A stretch of DNA of 64,000 bases from a virus (lineage: Duplodnaviria > Caudoviricetes). Shown in pieces: positions 54,801 to 61,793 of the stretch. Each line of letters starts with the position of its first letter. The stretch's first letter is position 1. A model generated the notes under the pieces. It saw only the letters and a program-made list of their open reading frames with translations. It had not been told where the DNA came from and ran no database searches. The translations under genes were made by a program, and so were the position numbers. The DNA is taken from the IMG/VR virus record IMGVR_UViG_3300047160_001275, positions 12,250-76,249 of that record; one strand, 5' to 3'.

Positions 54801-55954
54801 GCTCCGTTCGACGTGGGCTCCAATGTATGGAACGCCAGCCCGTCCGCCAGTAGGTTCTGATGTATTTTGCCCAGATCCCCTTTGGCCGGGAACGAGTACA
54901 TGTGGGCATTGGATTCAGGCCCCTCTTCCTCGCGGAAGATCAGCACCGCCTTCTGATCGCCGAGATGGCCCTTCATCGCCCCGGCCAGCTTCAGGCGATC
55001 CCAGTCCTCGCCGTCGACCTCGGTCATCAGGCTGCGTTCGGCCCCGTCCGCCCAAGCCCCGATCACCTGCGACGGGTAGCCGGTCATCCCCAGTTGCTGG
55101 TCGACGTCCTCGCTCGCCTCGGCGAACTTGCGCTCCCGCCTGGACAGCGGCGCTGTCGCTTGCGGCCAGTCCGACTGCCCGACATTGGGCGACACGAACT
55201 CGTAGCCCTCGGCGGAAGCCTCGGCCGTCCAGCGCCCGTGCGGATCGCGCGCCTCCGAGGGATCGAAGTCGAACATGGCGTCGAGCATCTTGTGCTCGCT
55301 CACCGTGCCGACCCATTGCACCCCGGCGTCCTCATAGGCGTCCAGGGTCGCCTGAGTGAACGCTTGCGTCAGCGCATGCTCGGCCAGCATCTTGCTGCGT
55401 TGAAGCCCGACGCCCATCTCGCGATCAACAAGCGCGGCGATCTGCGACGCCTGCCCACGGGGATGTGACAGGAGCCAGGCCGAAACGAGGGAAGAGACAT
55501 CCCGGCTGGCATCGTCGCAGACGCTCGCCAAGGACGCGACGCTGGCGTCCTTGCAAGCCTCACTGGAGCGCGGCCTCTTCTTGCGTTCGACGTATGACGT
55601 CTGGCTGACCGGCGGCCCGGCGAGGCTCTGGTAGTCCGCCACATAGGCGTCATGCACGCCCGTCGAGGCCCTCGCCCCGGCCGCGTCGACGTACGGCGCA
55701 AGCCATGAGCCATCGTCTCCCAGCACGTCGCTGGTCAACCGCTCGCTGAGCCAGCGCTCGAACAGCGCGGCCCTGTCGTCAGACGCCATGACCATAGCTC
55801 TCGGCCCTAAGCCCAGAGCGTCCTGGCTCACGATCGCACGCTTGACGTTCCGCGCCGCCTTGGTCCAGCGCCGCGCCATCTCGCCCTTGAGATAGACCCG
55901 CAAGTCCTCCAGCCCCATCGGGTCGGGCTTGGCGTCAAGGAACGGCGCGTTCAC
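51887..55954 (-). CDS. MuF/SPP1 gp7-like head morphogenesis protein with internal insertion and C-terminal ART-like domain
   Basis: RSKMLAEHALTQAF...; VLTAQDDKVCKVC...IPAHPNCRC (MuF core); C-terminal LYRS / ASFS / EQEVVV. Confidence 0.8.
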   Translation of the reverse strand: MNAPFLDAKPDPMGLEDLRVYLKGEMARRWTKAARNVKRAIVSQDALGLGPRAMVMASDDRAALFERWLSERLTSDVLGDDGSWLAPYVDAAGARASTGVHDAYVADYQSLAGPPVSQTSYVERKKRPRSSEACKDASVASLASVCDDASRDVSSLVSAWLLSHPRGQASQIAALVDREMGVGLQRSKMLAEHALTQAFTQATLDAYEDAGVQWVGTVSEHKMLDAMFDFDPSEARDPHGRWTAEASAEGYEFVSPNVGQSDWPQATAPLSRRERKFAEASEDVDQQLGMTGYPSQVIGAWADGAERSLMTEVDGEDWDRLKLAGAMKGHLGDQKAVLIFREEEGPESNAHMYSFPAKGDLGKIHQNLLADGLAFHTLEPTSNGAVVHVVDTDGSLKDATAKAAQRYGSDIHWRDGRAEFIGAHKEDGTDREQRDDARREYEGIIARSPVQEGRAVWQRLHHRWSAALAHDALDDLYGVKDALFDDARTSDKDLARLIRETANKPWFKPDIGAERQADLISRLSEARSRLPADASQLARDLMLASTGLRGISVRQAALAERLIGQAGPPPPTPSPAAARGPAEMREKYRSKRTGRFRRYLPIEGLQARAERAEAAFRRAPLEVDVLTAQDDKVCKVCEDIADNGPYRINVARGLIPAHPNCRCLFAPVGMFGDAILDFNPLHEPAGAEGGKGGQFAPKGESGSLAEQVAKTGAGFQQFGPSGDDKAKIDAVNAATDKFEKAHPEAAPEMHRWMSANLDKFMPSGKPVDLVGFRLAFAQWQEDRKAGPQADDTAPSPPIDVAGLDPAVVDVGGDAWNRHTAARLEREWQAAKPTVEADAEAIYKAGKVETGGGARTTWADLTSQQQDEVADNWKHDAYQQELDYQINSWQEESAKADAYELLADEFNHQADNQWPTEALNDLFEPQTSDEDHLPQPSQWEKGGLAPLPLGKDQILNALEARYDHHGGELEFRWAEGAIRAAIRARMGGDQPQFEGFEKPDYAKLLTPAMRDKIVATLKKAMDEVVDERIDQMDPPDYLGEYATESVNQDWDDKDDVDKFAIAMNQMPSLKQADWGRITRPAKLDPLNATSGMDYVNTQRIAKALFNRRAGEILDQRGLIKPGGIKNPTGMVVLADDFLWSDWLDASSTKGGQLLQLAASEELGGRLQSGGAHYSIDRHDVVEWADTNYPLIGGYEGIKALARAKWETTQYLLDHAGMKELNLYRSVTLPEAITDIAAKIEVAVGNLKYRLMPKVDIKKNGLASFSVADHIANNWDGSDRTVIRLNAPRTAILSVPAFGKNTASEQEVVVAGTAWKKWDAYHRQAPSVGWVPIGAEREATKEEMIAAVQKEVKGQHA

Positions 55955-56282
55955 CCGCTTCGCTCGGTATCTGGCGGATCACGTCCTTGTCGTCATGCGG
56001 CGTCGACGCCTCAAAGATCGTCCCCGCCTCCAGGCAATGCACCCGATGGACGCTGCGCGGCTTGACGTCCAAGGTGTCGCCGGGGCCGAGCAGATGTTTC
56101 ATCCCGTCCAGCGTCACCTCGAACTTGCCCGACAGCACGATCCAGCTTTCGTGCTTGAACCGGTGATAGTGCTCGCTAGCCCACGCGCCCTTGTCGAAAT
56201 GCAGCGACTTGCCGGTGTAGCGCTCGGTTTCCGCCCACACCTCCTCATGGCCCCACACCTTGGGCGCCACCCGCGCGATCAC
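55935..56282 (-). CDS. cupin-domain protein (sugar isomerase-like)
   Basis: PKVWGHEEVW...SEHYHRFKHESW...HRV...EASTPH. Confidence 0.8.
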   Translation of the reverse strand: MIARVAPKVWGHEEVWAETERYTGKSLHFDKGAWASEHYHRFKHESWIVLSGKFEVTLDGMKHLLGPGDTLDVKPRSVHRVHCLEAGTIFEASTPHDDKDVIRQIPSEAGERAVP

Positions 56283-58309
56283 GCGCGCCGTCCCGGCCTG
56301 ACCCCTTCGATGGTCTGGCCCAGATACGGATTGGCCTTGTCGAGAGCGAACGCCCGATGAATCAGATCCGACACGTCGTCGTCGGACTCGGCGTCGTGAG
56401 TGGCAGGCGCGTGATGCCGCAACCCCTCCAGATAGACGTGCGCCTCGCGCAACGCCAACTGCCCTTCGCCGACCGCAACCCCGACCCGGCCGATCGCGCC
56501 CTTGCGCATGTCGCCGACCGCAAACACGCCAGGGATCGAGGTCTCCAGCTTGGCGTCGGTCTGCACCCGGCCAGCCGGATCACGCTTCACCTTGCCCTCC
56601 AGCCAGCCGGTCTCTGGCACGCTGCCCAGGAACACCCCCAACGCCTTGGCGGGCACCACCCGCCCATGGTCGGTCTCGACGCTGATCGGATCGCCATGCG
56701 CGTCCCGATTCATCTTGGTCACCGTATCGCCCTCGATCACCGTCACCTTCGGATGGTTGCGCAACGCCTCGACCTGATAGTCGCTCATCCCCTTGGTGAT
56801 CAGCGATCGGGAGATGAGGGTGACGTGCTTGGCCTTGCTGGCCGCGCCCAGCGCCGCCTGGGCCGCCCCATTCGAGCCGCCGACCACCACCGCCTCGCCG
56901 TCCTTGCACGCCTCGGTCAAAGCCTTGCCGTCGCCGACGATCACCCCAGACCCTTCCGATCCGGCGAACACCGGGTGGCGGAACTCCACCCCGCCCGCCA
57001 GGATCACCGTGCGGCTGTCGACGTGCTCGCCATTGCTCAAGGTCAGGTGCTTGATCCCGGTCGCCGGGTCATAGTCGATGCCGGTCACCCGCTGGCCGAG
57101 CTTGGTTTCCGCCCCCAGCCGCGTCGCCTGGGCGAACATGTCGCTCGTTAGCTTCTCGCCGGTCACCCCCACCGGGAAGCCGGGGAAATTCTCGATCCGG
57201 CTCGAATACTTGGCCTGCCCTCCAGGCGCGGCGTTGCTCTCCACCACCAAAGTGTCGAGGCCCTCAGCGCCGCCGAAGATCGAAGCCGCCAATCCGCCGG
57301 GGCCTGCGCCGACCACGGTCACGTCACGCGGCCCTCCCGGCAGCCCGATCCCTTCCGGCCCGCCAGGATCGGCGTGCAGGCCGTGCATCTGGTGGACCAA
57401 AGCCTCAAGCTCGTCGATCTTCTTCTGCGCTTCCGGCGAGTCTGGCCTGTCGACATAGGTCAGTAGCTCATTGTTGACCTTGGCCCACTGGTCCTTGAGG
57501 CGATGGAACTTCTCCACGTCGCCGGGCGCCAAGCCATAGCCGCCCGACGTCCATTTGCCCGCCGGATCGCGTGGCTCGTCGGGGTCGAAGTCGGAGATCT
57601 CGCGCGGATCGAAGTCGTCCAAGGCGTCGGCGAAATCCTGCAAGCCAGCCAACACCGTATCCTCGGCGTCCGCCTGCCCGCGCCAGTCGACCGGACGCTC
57701 GCTCAACTCAGGCAGCTTGGTGATCTCGTGATAGTGGTCGAGCACCGCATGAGTCGCGCTCTTCAAGATCTCGTGCGCCCGCTCAGGCGTGAAGCCATGC
57801 TTTTTGGCCAGATGCCCGATCGCATATTTGACCACCTCGTGGCCGAGATAGCCAGCGCCCCAGGCGAACGCCGCCGGAATGCCGAGATGCGCCACCCCCA
57901 TCGCCGTGGCAGCGCCGCCGATGATCTCGATCACATGCGCCGACACCTCGCCCAGGACCGCGTGATGCGCCACCCCCTCGGCGTGATGGGCGACGAAATG
58001 CGCAATGGCGTTGGGGATGGCGTGCGCGACCCCAGGATGAGCTAGGAGCGCGTCGACCGCCGCCTGATGAGCGATGAACGCCGCCGAGGTCGCCGCCGCC
58101 TGCGGGATGAACCACGCCGTCATCTGGGACCAGTCATGCTCGCCGAACTCGCTCTCGGCCGAAGACCCCTCGGCCGTGGTCCATTCGCCCCGCTCGTTGC
58201 GCGGCTGGTCGGGATCGTAATCCTCTAGCTCTTCGTCCTCTGGCTCTAGCTGCTCGGCCAGTTCCTCTTCTTCATCGGGGTCGAACCAGATCCGCTTGAG
58301 CGCGGTCAT
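56279..58309 (-). CDS. tagged protein with C-terminal thioredoxin-reductase-like FAD oxidoreductase domain
   Basis: GAGPGG, APGGQA...SSRIENFPGFP.GVTG, ETSIPGVFAVGD; two DxDPxxPRxxxGxW tags; no CxxC. Confidence 0.8.
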   Translation of the reverse strand: MTALKRIWFDPDEEEELAEQLEPEDEELEDYDPDQPRNERGEWTTAEGSSAESEFGEHDWSQMTAWFIPQAAATSAAFIAHQAAVDALLAHPGVAHAIPNAIAHFVAHHAEGVAHHAVLGEVSAHVIEIIGGAATAMGVAHLGIPAAFAWGAGYLGHEVVKYAIGHLAKKHGFTPERAHEILKSATHAVLDHYHEITKLPELSERPVDWRGQADAEDTVLAGLQDFADALDDFDPREISDFDPDEPRDPAGKWTSGGYGLAPGDVEKFHRLKDQWAKVNNELLTYVDRPDSPEAQKKIDELEALVHQMHGLHADPGGPEGIGLPGGPRDVTVVGAGPGGLAASIFGGAEGLDTLVVESNAAPGGQAKYSSRIENFPGFPVGVTGEKLTSDMFAQATRLGAETKLGQRVTGIDYDPATGIKHLTLSNGEHVDSRTVILAGGVEFRHPVFAGSEGSGVIVGDGKALTEACKDGEAVVVGGSNGAAQAALGAASKAKHVTLISRSLITKGMSDYQVEALRNHPKVTVIEGDTVTKMNRDAHGDPISVETDHGRVVPAKALGVFLGSVPETGWLEGKVKRDPAGRVQTDAKLETSIPGVFAVGDMRKGAIGRVGVAVGEGQLALREAHVYLEGLRHHAPATHDAESDDDVSDLIHRAFALDKANPYLGQTIEGVRPGRRA

Positions 58310-60669
58310 TTGACGATGCTCACGTCGACCACGAACGGATGCTGCGGCGTCTTGCGGCCCAGCCTCGGCACGTTGCCCAGATGAATCACCTCCTGATTCG
58401 GCGCATGCACCCCGTCGATCCTGAACTTGACGCCCCTAGGCAGGATCACCTCATGCTGCTGCATGCCACTCTTGAAATCCTGCGAATGGCGGAAGTTGGT
58501 GCCATGCGTGTCGAACGCGCTCTGGCCTTTCTCGGCGTGGATGTGGAACACGATGTGCTCGCCAGCGTGCGGCCCAAAGGCGTAATCGTAGGCGACCGCC
58601 TGCTTGGTGGTCGCCGAAGTGAAGCCCTTCATCTGGACCACCTTGCCCAGCGCCTGGGTCAGCGTCTTGGACGACAGCTTCTTGTTGCCCATCAGCCCGC
58701 GATAAAGCAGCGTGTCATTCTGGAGCTTCGATCGCCGGATCGCCTTGTCAGTATCAGCGACGCCTCTGGCGTCGGCCTGCGACATGTACGACTTGCCAGT
58801 CCCCTGGCCGCGCAACGCTCGGTTCCAGCGCTTGTAGCCTTCCTCGGTGTACTTGCCCAAGCCCTTGATCTCGTCCCTGCTCAACGGCCCGCCGTGCAGC
58901 TTGGAGAGCTTGCCGACCGTGTCGCCCTTGCTGAACGATCCGCCGCCGCCCGACGTCCATTCGCCCTTGGGATCGCGCGGCTCGTCGGGGTTGTAGTCCT
59001 CGAATGCGGCGTCCTTGCCAAACCGACCGCCCCCTTGCTGCGGCATCGGCGACGGCGGCAGCGCCCGTCCAGGCGGGGCGCGAATCGGCAACCCTGCCTG
59101 CTGCATCTGCTGGGCGCGCATCATGTGGAACGGGTTGGCCTCGAACTGCCCCTTGTTCATCATGCCGGGAGGCGGGGTCGGCAATTGCCGCATCTGCTGC
59201 TGCGGCTCTTCCGGCTTCAGCCCGAACTCGTCAGCCGCGTCGTCCCACCCCGGATAGATGTCGTCCTCGGAGATCTGCGACGCCACCGACTGCCGGAACA
59301 TGTCGTCGTTGAACAGCCCCAGCGACGAATAGACCTGCGTCGTCTGCGCCTTCTGCAACTCGGCCTGCGCCTTCTCGGCAGGCGTCGGCTTGTACAAAGG
59401 GTTCCAGATGTAGTCGATGTCGGGGTCGTACTTGCCCAACGCCGACGATTGGATCGCCACGTCAAGCGGGTGCATCAGCGGCTTGTAACGGGTGCGCTGA
59501 TCGGCCGCGATCGAATCGTAATAGTTGCGAATGTCGACCTCGCCGCCGCTCGACCCCTTGGCGTCCAAGCCGCGCGCAGGCGCTGACCCCATCGCCCGGC
59601 TCTGCGGAATGCCGCCCGCCGCGCACACGATCTGCATCACCACCCGAATAAGCTCAGGCGTCGAGCCGAAGCTGGTCTGAATCCGGTTCCACTCTTCTTC
59701 CTTGTCGAGCAGGAGGGTGTTGATGCTGCTCTTCGCCGTGTTGGCCAGGGTGAACCGCTGCAACAGCTTGTTGGTCAGTTCCGGCGTCGACATCTTGCGC
59801 GACAGTTCCGGCAGCTTGACCACGTCCATCTTGGCGTCGTTGATCATCGAGGCGAGGCCGCCGACGATCATGGCGAAGTCGGAGAGCGCATCCTCGACCG
59901 TCTGCAACACCGAGTCGCCCCAGCCGCCGCCCATCGGCGCGAGCCGCCAGTCGGGCAACTCGTTGCCGTAGAACTCGATCACCCGCGACGGGTGGATGTA
60001 GACCGGGTTCTGCGCCTCCACCCACTGCCTGCTCTTGTCGCCCCCAGGCGGGTCCTTGCCGTATGAGACCGGCGGCGGCGATGCGCCGAACCGGCCCGCA
60101 GGATCTCTGCCGAAGCCGCTGACCGGGATTTGGCTCCCCGGCCATGCGCCGCCCTGTTCGCCCATGAAGCCGAACATCGGCGTCGCGATCTGATAATATT
60201 CCGGCCGCGTGTAGTACGGCGAGTTGACGTTGTAGATGCGCGGCCCGGCGTTCAATTCGTAGCGATTCAAAACGACCACAAACTCCAAATCGTCCTTGCC
60301 GATGTCCTCAAGGTCAAGCTCATCCTCGGGCTGGCCCTGGTCGACCCCCATCACCAGAGCCGCGCCGCCGTAGAGCCGCGCGCGGATCAACGCCATCTGC
60401 ATCTTCTTCTGGACTTGCAGCTTACGCTCACACGCGCCGATCGCCGCGATCTGCTTGTCGTTGGCCTGCCACGCCCGCCATTCCTTGGTCGCGTCCTCGG
60501 CGGGGGCGTCGACGATGATCTTGGCCAGCCAGTCAGAGCGATACATCGTCTCCAAGACGCTCCGGTCCAGTAGCTGGAGCATCCACTGGTTGCCGGTGCG
60601 CGGGTCTTTCTGCGTCCCCAGGCCAGAGACGAAATTGACCAGCGTGTCGCGCAGGGTGATGAAGCCCAT
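58306..60669 (-). CDS. DUF1073 portal protein fused to a C-terminal VIP2-like ADP-ribosyltransferase
   Basis: Portal: YRSDWLAKIIVDAPAED...ARLYGG...IHPSRVI...WGDSVL. ART: KYTEEGYKRWNRALR...LYRG...FTSAT...QHEVILPRG.KFRI. Confidence 0.88.
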   Translation of the reverse strand: MGFITLRDTLVNFVSGLGTQKDPRTGNQWMLQLLDRSVLETMYRSDWLAKIIVDAPAEDATKEWRAWQANDKQIAAIGACERKLQVQKKMQMALIRARLYGGAALVMGVDQGQPEDELDLEDIGKDDLEFVVVLNRYELNAGPRIYNVNSPYYTRPEYYQIATPMFGFMGEQGGAWPGSQIPVSGFGRDPAGRFGASPPPVSYGKDPPGGDKSRQWVEAQNPVYIHPSRVIEFYGNELPDWRLAPMGGGWGDSVLQTVEDALSDFAMIVGGLASMINDAKMDVVKLPELSRKMSTPELTNKLLQRFTLANTAKSSINTLLLDKEEEWNRIQTSFGSTPELIRVVMQIVCAAGGIPQSRAMGSAPARGLDAKGSSGGEVDIRNYYDSIAADQRTRYKPLMHPLDVAIQSSALGKYDPDIDYIWNPLYKPTPAEKAQAELQKAQTTQVYSSLGLFNDDMFRQSVASQISEDDIYPGWDDAADEFGLKPEEPQQQMRQLPTPPPGMMNKGQFEANPFHMMRAQQMQQAGLPIRAPPGRALPPSPMPQQGGGRFGKDAAFEDYNPDEPRDPKGEWTSGGGGSFSKGDTVGKLSKLHGGPLSRDEIKGLGKYTEEGYKRWNRALRGQGTGKSYMSQADARGVADTDKAIRRSKLQNDTLLYRGLMGNKKLSSKTLTQALGKVVQMKGFTSATTKQAVAYDYAFGPHAGEHIVFHIHAEKGQSAFDTHGTNFRHSQDFKSGMQQHEVILPRGVKFRIDGVHAPNQEVIHLGNVPRLGRKTPQHPFVVDVSIVK

Positions 60670-60672
60670 GGC

Positions 60673-60894
60673 TCAGCCGTAACGGATGAGATGGACCGGC
60701 TCGCCCAGCAACAAGCCGATGAACATCGCCAGGGCAATTAGCGCCACCACGGCGACATAGAGCCTCTGCACGATCATCGGCGCTGGCCAGCCCAAGGCCG
60801 TCAGCACCCATTGGATGACCGCGCCGACCAGAATCAACGCCACCACCGCGATGATGATGTTGATCAGCCCCAGGAGCACGCCAGTCAGGCTCAT
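60673..60894 (-). CDS. small two-TM membrane protein
   Basis: Two hydrophobic helices separated by GWPAP. Confidence 0.65.
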   Translation of the reverse strand: MSLTGVLLGLINIIIAVVALILVGAVIQWVLTALGWPAPMIVQRLYVAVVALIALAMFIGLLLGEPVHLIRYG

Positions 60895-61118
60895 GGCGCG
60901 TACCGCCATGTCAGAGCCTTCACGCACCACATCTGGGCGGTCATGCTCTCGCGGATAGCCTCTATGAAGAGAGCCTCGTGCTCTGGGCCGTTGGCCTGCG
61001 CCATAAGCTCATGGCACAGGTCGATGATCTCTGCGAACTTGGTCTTGACCCTGTCGACGTCGGGGTTGGCGCTCGGGTTGAAGTCCAAGCCAACCGCCTT
61101 CTGTCCATAAGTGGTCAT
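60891..61118 (-). CDS. Acb2/Tad1-like helical-hairpin protein (putative signalling-nucleotide sponge)
   Basis: VGLDFNPS...VDRVK.KFAEIIDLC...AQMWCVKALT pattern; recognised from memory. Confidence 0.6.
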   Translation of the reverse strand: MTTYGQKAVGLDFNPSANPDVDRVKTKFAEIIDLCHELMAQANGPEHEALFIEAIRESMTAQMWCVKALTWRYAP

Positions 61119-61342
61119 GGGATGGCTCTAATATTTAGGGTCTTGGCGGCTTCGGCTTTGGCCTTGGCTTGCCCTTCGATGTCTTTCCCATCGCGTTCCG
61201 CCTCTCTCGCCTCGACCTGCTTGGCGAACTCATCGCACACGTCTTGGAGCAACGCGGCCAGATCCTGACGGTCGCAACGATCGGCCCTGCTGTTGCGCAG
61301 GAACCAGAACGCCATTTCGATGCATTTCGAGTCGATGGCCAT
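61115..61342 (-). CDS. hypothetical protein
   Basis: MAIDSKCIEMAFWFL..., coupled. Confidence 0.55.
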   Translation of the reverse strand: MAIDSKCIEMAFWFLRNSRADRCDRQDLAALLQDVCDEFAKQVEAREAERDGKDIEGQAKAKAEAAKTLNIRAIP

Positions 61343-61451
61343 CAGTCCATCACCCCGCGCTCTGTCGTAAGCTCTAGGAACCACCACCAGATGGCTATGG
61401 ACGCGCCGATGACAGCCATGGCGACGGCGAACAGGCTCACGATCAGAACCG

Positions 61452-61736
61452 TCAGGCCGCGTCCTTCGCCGCCATCGCCTGCTGGACCTGATCCAAAGCT
61501 TCGACCATCTGGACCCATCGGTCAGCCTCATTGCGGTCGCTGGCGTGGATAGCGATTGTGGTCTTGTGCTCGGCGATCCGCTTGAGCACGGCCAGCATCG
61601 CGCTTGGCTCGTTGGCGTCCAAGAGGCGGCCGAGCATCGCCTCAATCGCCAGCCGCTCAGACGGCCTCAGATCGAAGCCCCGCCGAGGGCCGATGTGTTG
61701 CTCGATGTCCTCGAACTTGTTGAAGGCCACCGGCAC
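61452..61736 (-). CDS. hypothetical protein
   Basis: 94-aa ORF downstream of terL. Confidence 0.55.
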   Translation of the reverse strand: MPVAFNKFEDIEQHIGPRRGFDLRPSERLAIEAMLGRLLDANEPSAMLAVLKRIAEHKTTIAIHASDRNEADRWVQMVEALDQVQQAMAAKDAA

Positions 61737-61793
61737 TCAGAGCGTCCCAGCCTTCTTGCGCTGCTCGTACTGGCGATCGGCCCTCGATGGCAT

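Noticed and set aside
58306-60669. Possible anti-CBASS Acb1 label often attached to DUF1073 proteins
   Set aside because: Position after terL and the sequence motifs indicate a portal; no 2H phosphoesterase HxT motifs were seen.
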